DNA from: Candidatus Sulfobium sp.
GTDB lineage: Bacteria; Nitrospirota; Thermodesulfovibrionia; Thermodesulfovibrionales; UBA6898
Direction: 5' to 3'
NCBI GenBank assembly: GCA_037380845.1
Contig: JARRRI010000022.1
Span: forward strand, 1-13,724
DNA length: 13,724 bases
The notes beneath the pieces were generated by a model. That model made no database searches and was not told the DNA's origin. It was given only the letters and a program-made list of their open reading frames with translations. Shown one piece after another: positions 1-8,511 of this stretch (within the stretch, counting starts at the first letter, position 1; each line of letters starts with the position of its first letter). The translations under genes and the position numbers were made by a program.

Positions 1-178
1 GCTCAGGTCTCATACATCCGAAAATGAGATGTAGCGCGACCGGGGAAAGGCGGTTGCAGATTCCGCTTCTGGAAAACGGGACGGGATTGTATAAGTTTGA
101 AAAGGCACATCCCTCTTATCCCCCTTTGCCAGGGAGGAATCGAACAAAACATTCGCCGCAGGAAATGCCGGTTGATAA

Positions 179-817
179 ATGAAAGAAAAGAAATTGCAGA
201 AGATTTACGACAGGCTTTTCGCTGCTTTCGGGCCGCAGCACTGGTGGCCGGGGGAAACGGCACTGGAGGTTGCCGTGGGAGCTGTCCTCACGCAGAACAC
301 CAACTGGAGAAATGTCGAAAAGGCGATAGGCAACCTTAAGAAAAAGGGGCTGCTCGATGCGGAACGGCTTCATCTCATGCCGGTCCGGCAGCTGGCCGAA
401 CTGATAAAGCCGGCCGGCTATTTCAATATCAAGGCAGAGAGACTGAAGAACTTTGTCGAATTTCTCACCGTGCAATATGGGGGGAGCATGAGGAAAATGG
501 GAGGCGGGGATGAGGCGACGATCAGGGGAAAGCTGCTTTCCGTCAACGGAATAGGCCCTGAAACGGCCGACTCCATAATCCTTTACGCCCTGGACAGGCC
601 TGTCTTCGTGATAGACGCATATACGAAGCGGGTGCTCTCCAGACACAACATTATGAGGCAAGATTCTTCCTACGACAACTTTCAGCAACTTTTCCATTCA
701 TCGCTTGAAATGGATACTGTTACGTACAACGAATTTCATGCCCTCTTCGTAAGGCTGGCCAAGGAAAATTGCAGGACGAAGCCGCTTTGCGGCGGCTGTC
801 CTCTTGAAAGGATGTGA
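179..817 (+). CDS. HhH-GPD superfamily DNA glycosylase (endonuclease III-related protein)
   Basis: FGPQHWWP, GAVLTQNTNWRNVEKA, IKPAGYFNIKAERLK, HhH motif LLSVNGIGPETADSI, VIDAYTKR, and C-terminal Cys cluster CRTKPLCGGCPL. Confidence 0.92.
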   Translation: MKEKKLQKIYDRLFAAFGPQHWWPGETALEVAVGAVLTQNTNWRNVEKAIGNLKKKGLLDAERLHLMPVRQLAELIKPAGYFNIKAERLKNFVEFLTVQYGGSMRKMGGGDEATIRGKLLSVNGIGPETADSIILYALDRPVFVIDAYTKRVLSRHNIMRQDSSYDNFQQLFHSSLEMDTVTYNEFHALFVRLAKENCRTKPLCGGCPLERM

Positions 818-1029
818 CTGACATGGTAAGAATGGTTACTCAGATAATGGTGGGGCTGATGCTCCTTTTCGGAGTGGCGACTCTCTTCCCGAAGTCGTAT
901 TTCGAGTTCAAGACAGGCAGAAAAAATAAAGGGACCCTTTACCTGGTCCTTGGGAGCCTTGCCCTGATTTTCTCCTTCATGGCGTTTTATTACGCTTACC
1001 TGCTTGTGGACGTACATATAATCCGCTAA
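814..1029 (+). CDS. Small hypothetical membrane protein with two TM helices
   Basis: The GTG start overlaps the upstream TGA (GTGA coupling). Two hydrophobic segments flank a basic loop (FKTGRKNKG). Alternative ATG starts at 823 and 832. Confidence 0.7.
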   Translation: MTDMVRMVTQIMVGLMLLFGVATLFPKSYFEFKTGRKNKGTLYLVLGSLALIFSFMAFYYAYLLVDVHIIR

Positions 1030-1043
1030 CATGCAGACAATGA

Positions 1044-1205
1044 AGCGATCAGCAATCAGCTATAAGCTGTCGGCGGTCAGAAAAAGGCCCAAACAGTCAT
1101 CTGCCCGCCGGGGGCAGGGCTCCGCCCTGAGGACCGCCGTTGCCGGAATCTTTGACGCTGAAAACTGAAAGCTGATGACTGACTGCTGACTGCTGACAGC
1201 CGGAT
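1044..1205. repeat. Inverted arrays of degenerate heptamer repeats between convergent genes
   Basis: Left array 1044-1080: agcgatc/agcaatc/agctata/agctgtc/ggcggtc. Right array 1157-1205: gctgaaa/actgaaa/gctgatg/actgact/gctgact/gctgaca, in reverse-complement orientation. GC hairpins lie between them (1101-1129). Confidence 0.8.
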
Positions 1206-1209
1206 CGGC

Positions 1210-1830
1210 TCAGGGTTTTACGACCACCAGGCGCCGGGTAATGCCGGAGAGAGGGAGCCGAAGGTCGGTCAGGATGATCCTGCCGGGCTCAACCCCCTTC
1301 AGTTCCTCGTCGACTTTCGGTCCCTTGCTAAGCGCCAGGATTCCCCCTTCATTCAGGATACCGGCAGCCTTTTTCAGGAAATCGCCCACGCTGAACAGCG
1401 CCCTGGTCACTGCGGCGTCCACCTTCAGTCCTTCGACCTCCTCCAGCCTTCTGTTGATGACCTCAATACCTTCCAGGCCGAGTCTGGAGCATACATGCCT
1501 GAGAAAAACGGCCTTTTTTTGGGTAGGCTCGACAAGGTAGACTTCAAGCGCCGGATCAGCAATCTTCAGCGGGATTCCGGGAAATCCGGCCCCGCTTCCG
1601 ACGTCGGCCAGTGAGCGCACTTCCGGGGGCAGTACCTTTCTGAAGAGCAGGGAATCGAGGAAGTGTTTGATTACTATGTCACTCGCAGACTTCAAGCCGG
1701 TGAGGCTATAGGTACGGTTCCACTTCCTTAGTTCCGAGAGATAGGTCAAGAAAGAGGCAATCTGAAATTCATTCAGCCCGAGGCCCAGTTCCCGAAGGCC
1801 CTCCCGCAGAAGATCGGCGGCCTCTTTCAT
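1210..1830 (-). CDS. rsmG: 16S rRNA m7G527 methyltransferase RsmG (GidB)
   Basis: WNRTYSLT, KHFLDSL, SAM-binding DVGSGAGFPGIPL, VEPTQKKAVFL, VTRAL, SKG. Confidence 0.95.
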   Translation of the reverse strand: MKEAADLLREGLRELGLGLNEFQIASFLTYLSELRKWNRTYSLTGLKSASDIVIKHFLDSLLFRKVLPPEVRSLADVGSGAGFPGIPLKIADPALEVYLVEPTQKKAVFLRHVCSRLGLEGIEVINRRLEEVEGLKVDAAVTRALFSVGDFLKKAAGILNEGGILALSKGPKVDEELKGVEPGRIILTDLRLPLSGITRRLVVVKP

Positions 1831-1838
1831 GGGCCGGG

Positions 1839-4241
1839 TTAATCCTTCTCAACGACCTTGGCAATGCTTACGATCTTGTCCTCGGTATCCATGAGTTTCA
1901 CCCCCTGGGTATTCCTGCCGTGGACACAGATATTTTCGGCTGTCGTTCGTATCAGCTTGCCGACGCTTGTAATCATGACTACGCCGTCTTCGTCCCTCAC
2001 CTGGAGGAGGCCGGCCACTTTTCCCCCCTTTTCAGTCAGCTTGATGGCGATGACGCCTTTGCCACCCCGGTGGTGAAGGGGATAGTCTTCCGTCCTCGTC
2101 CTCTTGCCATAACCGTTCTCGGCAACGGTAAGGATAGTGGTCTTCTCTTCAACGAAGACTCCGGCCACTACTTCATCTTTCTTTGCCAGCCTTATTCCCC
2201 GCACCCCCCTGGCCGTCCGGCCCATTTCCCTCACGTCCTCTTCGTTGAACTTGATGGCCAGGCCGTTCCGCGTCCCGATGATGAGGTCATTGCTGCCGCT
2301 AGTCCTTCTGACTGCTATCAGCTCGTCCCCCTTGTCCAGACTTATAGCAATTACGCCCTTCCCCCTGGGGTTGCTGTATGCCGTAAGGGCGGTCTTCTTA
2401 ACGGTGCCGTGCTTGGTAAACATTACGAGATAACCTTCCTTGAAGTCCCTTACAGGCAGGGCGGTGGAGACGTACTCTCCCTCTGAAAGCTGAAGGAGGT
2501 TGATGAGCGCTTTTCCCTTTGCCGCCCTCCCGGCCTCGGGGATCTGATAGATCTTCAGCCAGTAGAGCCTGCCCAGGTTTGAGAAAAACAGCATGTAGTC
2601 GTGCGTCGACCCTATGAAGAGCTGTTCGACAAAATCCTCCTCCTTCGTCTCCATGCCGATGAGTCCCTTCCCCCCGCGCCTCTGACTTCTGTATGCGCTG
2701 AGGGGGTTCCTCTTTATGTATCCGGTATGGGAAAGGGTGATCACCATCTCCTCCTCGGAGATAAGGTCCTCTATTGTTATCTCTTTCGTCTCCTCCGTTA
2801 TTTCGGTCCTTCTGTCGTCCGCATATTTTGTCTTTATTTCAAGGAGCTCGTCCTTTATTATCCTGGAAACCAGGGTCTCGCTGCCCAGTATGGCCTTCAG
2901 CCGTTCGATCTCCTTCAGGGTCTCCTTATATTCGCTTATTATCTTTTCGCGCTCCAGGCCGGTCAGACGCTGCAGCCTCATGTCGAGAATAGCCTGTGCC
3001 TGTCTTTCGGACAGCGGATATCCGCTCATCAGTCCCGCCTTGGCCTCTGCGGGACCTGCCGATGCCCTGATCAGGGCGATTATCTCATCCAGGTGATCGA
3101 GGGCTATCTTCAGTCCTTCGAGTATGTGGGCCTTCTCTTCGGCCTTTCTTAGTTCAAAACGCGTCCGCCTGATGATGACGTCCCGCCTGTGGCGGAGGAA
3201 GTAATCGAGTATCCGCTTCAGGCTGAGCACATGGGGCTGGCCGCCCACCAGGGCGAGCATTATGATGCCGAAGGTGGTCTCCATCTGCGTATGTTTGTAA
3301 AGATTGTTAAGAACGACCTCGGCAACCTCACCCCGCTTTAGTTCGATCACCACCCTGATGCCGTCCCTGTCAGACTCGTCCCTCAGATCCGAGATACCCT
3401 CTATCTTCTTTTCCCTCACCAGTTCGGCTATATTTTTGATCAGCCTGGCCTTGTTGACCTGATAGGGAAGTTCGGATATGATTATGTTCTCGCCACCCCT
3501 GTGCTCCCGTTCGATCCTTGCCTTGGCCCTTATCTTTATCAGTCCCTTGCCGCGCGCATAGGCGTCCCTGATACCTGCTGTGCCATGGATGATCCCGCCG
3601 GTGGGGAAGTCAGGTCCTTTTATCGCCGTCATGAGCTCCTCCGCCGCGGCGGCCGGGTTCTCCAGAAGCATGACGAGGCCGTCAATAACCTCCCCGAGGT
3701 TGTGGGGGGGTATGTTCGTCGCCATCCCCACAGCTATGCCGGCGGCGCCGTTGATAATGAGGTTGGGTATCCTGGATGGCAGAACTATCGGCTCTTCCGT
3801 AGTCTCATCGAAATTGGCTGTAAAATCAACCGTTTCCTTGTCAATGTCGGCCAGCAGTTCCTCCGCTATCCTGGCCAGCCTTGCCTCTGTATATCTGTAG
3901 GCCGCGGCCGGATCACCGTCCACCGAGCCGAAGTTGCCCTGGCCGTCCACCAGCGTATATCTCATGTTAAAATCCTGTGCGAGTCGCACCAGGGCATCAT
4001 AGACAGCGGAATCGCCGTGGGGATGGTATTTTTTCAGGACCTCGCCGACCACACCGGCGCTCTTCGAATACTTTCTGCCCGGCAGCAGTCCCTCCCTGAA
4101 CATGGCGTAAAGGATGCGCCTCTGCACGGGCTTGAGACCGTCTCTCACCTCCGGGAGCGCCCTGCCTATGATTACGCTCATGGCGTAATCAAGGTAGCTC
4201 ACCTTCATCTCTTCTTCTATGTTTATGGGTAGTTTAGACAT
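1839..4241 (-). CDS. gyrA: DNA gyrase subunit A
   Basis: [40 protein letters not shown], catalytic AAYRYTEAR, GyrA-box QRRGGKG (2664-2684) and a beta-pinwheel CTD. SD-like AGGAAGG upstream. Confidence 0.98.
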   Translation of the reverse strand: MSKLPINIEEEMKVSYLDYAMSVIIGRALPEVRDGLKPVQRRILYAMFREGLLPGRKYSKSAGVVGEVLKKYHPHGDSAVYDALVRLAQDFNMRYTLVDGQGNFGSVDGDPAAAYRYTEARLARIAEELLADIDKETVDFTANFDETTEEPIVLPSRIPNLIINGAAGIAVGMATNIPPHNLGEVIDGLVMLLENPAAAAEELMTAIKGPDFPTGGIIHGTAGIRDAYARGKGLIKIRAKARIEREHRGGENIIISELPYQVNKARLIKNIAELVREKKIEGISDLRDESDRDGIRVVIELKRGEVAEVVLNNLYKHTQMETTFGIIMLALVGGQPHVLSLKRILDYFLRHRRDVIIRRTRFELRKAEEKAHILEGLKIALDHLDEIIALIRASAGPAEAKAGLMSGYPLSERQAQAILDMRLQRLTGLEREKIISEYKETLKEIERLKAILGSETLVSRIIKDELLEIKTKYADDRRTEITEETKEITIEDLISEEEMVITLSHTGYIKRNPLSAYRSQRRGGKGLIGMETKEEDFVEQLFIGSTHDYMLFFSNLGRLYWLKIYQIPEAGRAAKGKALINLLQLSEGEYVSTALPVRDFKEGYLVMFTKHGTVKKTALTAYSNPRGKGVIAISLDKGDELIAVRRTSGSNDLIIGTRNGLAIKFNEEDVREMGRTARGVRGIRLAKKDEVVAGVFVEEKTTILTVAENGYGKRTRTEDYPLHHRGGKGVIAIKLTEKGGKVAGLLQVRDEDGVVMITSVGKLIRTTAENICVHGRNTQGVKLMDTEDKIVSIAKVVEKD

Positions 4242-4268
4242 CGTATACCTTCCTCTCTGAGATCAGAT

Positions 4269-4277
4269 ATTTTACCA
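4269..4277 (-). promoter_or_regulatory. Putative extended -10 promoter for gyrA-rsmG
   Basis: Minus strand reads TGGTAAAAT (TGn + TAAAAT), about 28 nt upstream of the gyrA ATG. Confidence 0.55.
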
Positions 4278-4359
4278 TATCGCTGCCACTTGCAGCCTTT
4301 GTTTTCAACAGCCTTCGGCTGCCCGGACCACAGCATCATCCGTCACGCGGGGGAGCACG

Positions 4360-4387
4360 ATGCAAATTATTTTAATTTCGCTATAAT
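4360..4387 (+). promoter_or_regulatory. Putative sigma70 promoter for the HAMP-GGDEF gene
   Basis: Perfect TATAAT at 4382-4387, weak -35 ATGCAA at 4360-4365, AT-rich 16-nt spacer. Confidence 0.5.
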
Positions 4388-4425
4388 AAAGTACCCCGGC
4401 GGGTCCGCGGGTTCCGAAAAAGAGA

Positions 4426-5751
4426 ATGAATCTGATACTGCGGCAGAAGATATTCCTTGGATATATGGCCATGGTGTTCTTTACCCTGATAGTCGGGGGG
4501 TATGCTATCTGGAGCCTCGTAGAGCTGAACGAGATTTCTACAGGTATTATCCTCAACGACGCGTCTACGCAGGAAAAGATAACCAAACTGAACGACCTCC
4601 TCCTGGCGCAGAACCTGTATGAGAAACGTGCGCTCACATTCAAGGAACCCGATGCGGAGGAGGCCTTCTGGGGCAGGAGCAGGGAGTTCAGGTCCCTGGT
4701 CTCCGAAATGGCCGGCAACCAGCCGTCTCTGAAGGAAGCCCTTCAGGATATCGGAGCTTTCCACAGCGAATATACGAACCTTTTCGTAAAGGAGCTCTCC
4801 CTTGTCCGGAAAGGCCGTACGGAAGACGCCGACCTCCTTTCATCGATCCAGCTGAAAAACGTCTTCACCAAGATGCTCTTTTCGGTCAAAGACCTTTCGC
4901 AGAAAATCAAGGACCGGCAGAACCGGAATATAAACCGTTCATATTCCTTCGGAGAGAAGGCCCTCATGGTAACTATCATGCTCAGCACAGGGTCCCTTCT
5001 GTTCGGCATCTTCTTCGCGTCCTTCATAACCAGGTACGTCACGACAGCCATCGACAGGTTAAAGGCAGCAACCGTCTCTATCCAGAGCGGTGATTTCGAT
5101 AATCTCCCCGAGATTGCCGGCGCCGACGAACTTGCCGACCTGGCCATCTCCTTCAAGGAGATGTCCGCCAGGCTGAAGGAACTTGAGGAGATGAACCTGG
5201 ACGCCAACCCGCTGACCAAGCTTCCGGGCAACCTCGCCATAGAGAAGGAGCTGCTCACGAGGCTGAATGAGACACTCAGCTTTTCTTTCTGTCTGGCCGA
5301 CCTGGATAACTTCAAGGCCTTTAACGACAGGTACGGCTACGCCCGCGGGAGCGACGTGATCAAGTGGATGGGTGAACTTTTGTCAACCGTCATCAAGGAG
5401 ACGGGCAACCCCGGCGATTTCCTGGGGCATATCGGGGGAGACGATTTCGTCATTATCTGTTCTCCTGAAGAGGTACGGTCTATCTGCAGCAGGATCATTG
5501 AAGAGTTCGACAGAGGTATCGCACAGCATTACGATCCGGAAGATCTCAAGAAGGGCTATATTGTCTCCGTCGACAGAAATGACAGGCCGGTGATAGTGGG
5601 AATAATGACACTCTCCATAGCGGTGGTCAATACCGACCGCACGGTGATAAGGGAGCCGAAAGAGGTCGCCATGAAGGTGGCGGAGATCAAGCAGTACGCC
5701 AAGACCTTCGCCAAAAGCATCTACATAATGGACAGGAGAAGGGCCAGGTAG
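4426..5751 (+). CDS. Membrane sensor HAMP-GGDEF dinucleotide cyclase (GGDDF motif; candidate Hypr-type cGAMP synthase)
   Basis: TM1, helical periplasmic domain, TM2, HAMP (IDRLKAAT...DELADLAISFKEM), then DANPLTKLPGN, DLDNFKAFNDRYGYARGS, HIGGDDF (GGDDF at 5434-5448) and TLSIAVV. Confidence 0.92.
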   Translation: MNLILRQKIFLGYMAMVFFTLIVGGYAIWSLVELNEISTGIILNDASTQEKITKLNDLLLAQNLYEKRALTFKEPDAEEAFWGRSREFRSLVSEMAGNQPSLKEALQDIGAFHSEYTNLFVKELSLVRKGRTEDADLLSSIQLKNVFTKMLFSVKDLSQKIKDRQNRNINRSYSFGEKALMVTIMLSTGSLLFGIFFASFITRYVTTAIDRLKAATVSIQSGDFDNLPEIAGADELADLAISFKEMSARLKELEEMNLDANPLTKLPGNLAIEKELLTRLNETLSFSFCLADLDNFKAFNDRYGYARGSDVIKWMGELLSTVIKETGNPGDFLGHIGGDDFVIICSPEEVRSICSRIIEEFDRGIAQHYDPEDLKKGYIVSVDRNDRPVIVGIMTLSIAVVNTDRTVIREPKEVAMKVAEIKQYAKTFAKSIYIMDRRRAR

Positions 5752-5756
5752 AAAGG

Positions 5757-7115
5757 TTAGTAACGGAGTAAAGCCTTCTTCATGTCACCCACTACTACGA
5801 GTACGCAGTCCCCGGGATGCAGATATCGCCTCGCCACTTTCAGGACATCTTCTCTGGTGACGGAGTTTATGAAGCCGCTGTACCTGTCGGCATAGTCGAG
5901 ACCGAGGCCGTAAAATTCCACGGCGACCAGGAAACCGGCCATCTTGCTGATCGAGTCGATACGCAGGGGAAAGCTGCCTGTCAGATATGCCTTCGCGTCG
6001 CTCAGCTCCCGGTCGGTGACCGGTTTCGACCTTATCCTCTTCAGTTCCCTGAATACCTCGTCGATGGCGGTATTGGCCGAGGAGTTTTTCGTCTGGAGTT
6101 GAACCTGAAAGCCTCCGGCGTACCTGTCGGCGGAGAAATGGCTGCGTACGTCATAGGCGAGCCCCCTGTTGTCACGAATGTTGTCCATCAGCCTCGACGC
6201 GAACCCGCCACCGCCCAGGATATAATTCATGACCGACACGGCATAGTAGTCGGGGTTGTCCCTTTTTATGCCGAGGTGACCCAGGATGATGTTGGCCTGG
6301 GTGATGTTCCTGTCGATCCTGATGACCTTCCGGCCTTTTGCCGGCCGAGGTGCTTCCGGCACACCGCCTGATATATCTTTCCTCCGCCAGTCCCTGAAGT
6401 GTCTGTTGATCAGAGATACCGTCTCCTTCCTGTCCAGATCGCCCACAACGGCCATTATGGCATTATTGGGAGCATAGTAGCGGTCGTGGAAGTCTACTAT
6501 GTCCCTGCGCGAAATCGAGTCCAGGCTCTCCTCCGTGCCCTCCACCGGCCGGCCGTAAGGGTGCTTCCCGTAAACGGTCTTAAGAAAGGCCTTTGATGCT
6601 ATTGTTCCCGGGTCTTCTTTCTGCCGGAGGATAGAACTTTTTATGATCGCCTTCCGCCTCCCGATCTCGTCCCGGCTGAATGAGGGGTGTATGATTATAT
6701 CGGATAGGAGGTCGAACCCCAGTTCCACGTCTTTCTTCAAAACGGTAAGCGACACGGTGACATAATCGCGGCCGCCCGAGATACTCAACTGCCCTCCGAC
6801 AAATTCGATTTCATCGCTGATTTGCCTTGATGTCCGTTTCGCGGTCCCTTCGTTCAGGAGGTCGGCGGTGAGGTTCGAAAGCCCGGGTTCGGAGGGCGGC
6901 TCGACAACACTTCCCGCCTTTACCGCCACCACCACCTTCACTATCGGCAGTTCCGTCTTTTCAGAATGAAGGAGTACCAGACCGTTTGAGAGCACCTCCC
7001 TGTCCGCTGTCCTGCCGGCCGTTGCAGGAATGGCAGTGAGATGCAGGGCAAGAAGACAAAGGAGGAAGTAAAAAGGGACAGGGAGTCTCCTCAGGCCGCC
7101 AGTCTTTCCGGTCAT
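5757..7115 (-). CDS. M16 family peptidase, non-catalytic subunit, exported
   Basis: Likely start is the ATG at 7115, overlapping the upstream TGA (ATGA), followed by a signal peptide. The HXXEH position is degenerate (GLSNLTADLL). Retains YYAPNNAIMAVVGD and ILGGGGFASRL..IRDNRGLAY. Confidence 0.9.
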   Translation of the reverse strand: MTGKTGGLRRLPVPFYFLLCLLALHLTAIPATAGRTADREVLSNGLVLLHSEKTELPIVKVVVAVKAGSVVEPPSEPGLSNLTADLLNEGTAKRTSRQISDEIEFVGGQLSISGGRDYVTVSLTVLKKDVELGFDLLSDIIIHPSFSRDEIGRRKAIIKSSILRQKEDPGTIASKAFLKTVYGKHPYGRPVEGTEESLDSISRRDIVDFHDRYYAPNNAIMAVVGDLDRKETVSLINRHFRDWRRKDISGGVPEAPRPAKGRKVIRIDRNITQANIILGHLGIKRDNPDYYAVSVMNYILGGGGFASRLMDNIRDNRGLAYDVRSHFSADRYAGGFQVQLQTKNSSANTAIDEVFRELKRIRSKPVTDRELSDAKAYLTGSFPLRIDSISKMAGFLVAVEFYGLGLDYADRYSGFINSVTREDVLKVARRYLHPGDCVLVVVGDMKKALLRY

Positions 7116-8431
7116 AGTCCCGCCCCTTTTTTCAGGGGTATGAGGATGCCCGTCGTTTTGCGTTCCGGGACGAGGTATTTCCGGGCGACCCGGCTCACTT
7201 CCTCCGGGGAAACCTTCCTTATCCCTTCCAGATAGGTATCCAGAAGCCGCCACCCTCCGATCATCTCGAAGGCGCCGATCATCCTGGCCTGCATGTAGAT
7301 AGAGTCCTGCCCCATAACGAAGGACGCCTCTATCTGATTTTTCGCCTTCTGCACCTCACGTCCGGAAGGCGGCTCCTTCTTTATCCTTTCGATTTCGTCC
7401 AGTATCGCCTTTTCGACATCTTCTATATTCTTCCCTCCGGCGGCGGTCCCCCCGGTCATAAAGAGGAAGGGATCGCGGTACATGCCTTCGTAACTTGCCC
7501 ATGCCGACAGGGCCAGCTGCTTGTCATAGACAATGGAACGGTAGATCCTCGAACTCTTGCCTTCCGAAAGAACGGTCGCCAGCACGTCGAGCGCATAAGC
7601 ATCCTCATCCCTGATGCCGGGGACCTTGTAGACCGAAAGAACAGCGGGCAGTTCCGCCTCTTTTCTTATGTATATCCTCTTTTCCCCGTATTGTTCATCC
7701 TCCCCGGCAGCGCTTTCAGCTATTGCAGGCCCCCGGGGGATTTCGCCGAAGGATTTCCTGACCGCAGAAAGCACTTCTTCCGGCTTCACATCCCCCACCA
7801 CTATAATTACCGCATTATTAGGGGCGTAGTAGGTTCTGTAATAGGAGGCCAGTTCCGCCGGCTTCAGGGTCTTCAGGTCGGACTTCCAGCCGATCACCGG
7901 CCAGCGGTAAGGATGACTATTGAAGGCCGCCGCCAGGACCTCCATAAAAAGGAGGTTCTGGGGGTCGTCTTCATAACGAAGCCTCCTCTCTTCCATCACG
8001 ACATCCCGCTCGGAAAGGACCGCAGCAGGTGTCAGTACGAGGTTCCGCATCCGGTCGGCCTCGAGGCTAATCGGCAGCCCTATGCGGTCGGAGGAAATCA
8101 TTTCGAAATATGCGGTATATTCCCGCGTGGTAAAGGCATTGTCCCATCCGCCCGCCCTCTGGATGGCCTGGGAAAAAGTCTTTGGGCCGCGGGTCGAGGT
8201 GCCCTTGAACATCATGTGCTCCAGGAGATGGCTCAGGCCGGTCTCGCCGATATTCTCGTCCCGGGACCCCACGCGATACCACACCTGGAAAGTAGCCGTC
8301 GGGGCTTTGTGGTCTTCCACGATCAGCAACTTCAGACCGTTGTCGAGCCGGTACTCTCTGGCATTGACCGCATGTGCGCAAACAGGGGCCATGATGAGAA
8401 GGACAGCCAGCAGGTTCCGGAAAACTTTCAT
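7112..8431 (-). CDS. M16 family zinc peptidase, catalytic subunit, exported
   Basis: Signal peptide (...AHA), LDNGLK, GLSHLLEHMMFKGT (HXXEH), NAFTT, ERDVVMEERR, HPYRWPVIG. Confidence 0.95.
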   Translation of the reverse strand: MKVFRNLLAVLLIMAPVCAHAVNAREYRLDNGLKLLIVEDHKAPTATFQVWYRVGSRDENIGETGLSHLLEHMMFKGTSTRGPKTFSQAIQRAGGWDNAFTTREYTAYFEMISSDRIGLPISLEADRMRNLVLTPAAVLSERDVVMEERRLRYEDDPQNLLFMEVLAAAFNSHPYRWPVIGWKSDLKTLKPAELASYYRTYYAPNNAVIIVVGDVKPEEVLSAVRKSFGEIPRGPAIAESAAGEDEQYGEKRIYIRKEAELPAVLSVYKVPGIRDEDAYALDVLATVLSEGKSSRIYRSIVYDKQLALSAWASYEGMYRDPFLFMTGGTAAGGKNIEDVEKAILDEIERIKKEPPSGREVQKAKNQIEASFVMGQDSIYMQARMIGAFEMIGGWRLLDTYLEGIRKVSPEEVSRVARKYLVPERKTTGILIPLKKGAGL

Positions 8432-8434
8432 TGC

Positions 8435-8502
8435 CTATTTTACATGTATCGGTTGTACGTTTCCAACTCCCGGTTGCCCGGCGGACGCTCTTAACGTACA
8501 AT
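8435..8502. promoter_or_regulatory. Divergent promoter region (M16 operon / IMPase operon)
   Basis: Minus-strand TAAAAT (8437-8442) lies 5 nt before the M16 ATG. Plus-strand TACAAT (8497-8502) lies 9 nt before the ATG at 8512. No clear SD for either gene. Confidence 0.5.
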
Positions 8503-8511
8503 AGCCTTAAC

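Noticed and set aside
109..140. ATCCCTCTTATCCCCCTTTGCCAGGGAGG, resembling a TCCCCCTTT...GGGGGA REP-type hairpin
   Set aside because: Too degenerate and single-copy here to call.
1..178. Possible cyclic-dinucleotide (GEMM) riboswitch or other ncRNA upstream of the glycosylase
   Set aside because: Small hairpins are present but I could not match the GEMM consensus. Bases 1-27 may be the end of an upstream CDS, which cannot be supported from this window.
1044..1205. CRISPR array
   Set aside because: The units are tandem 7-mers without spacers, and there are no cas genes.
3990..4030. Quinolone-resistance substitutions in the GyrA QRDR
   Set aside because: HGDSAVYD retains the Ser83 and Asp87 equivalents (wild-type pattern).
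1858..4232. Several plus-strand ORFs within gyrA (up to 243 aa)
   Set aside because: Antisense shadows of a conserved gene, with no recognisable motifs.
7116..7253. 46-aa N-terminal extension of the second M16 ORF in the ORF track
   Set aside because: It overlaps the upstream gene. The ATG at 7115 gives ATGA coupling and a proper signal peptide.
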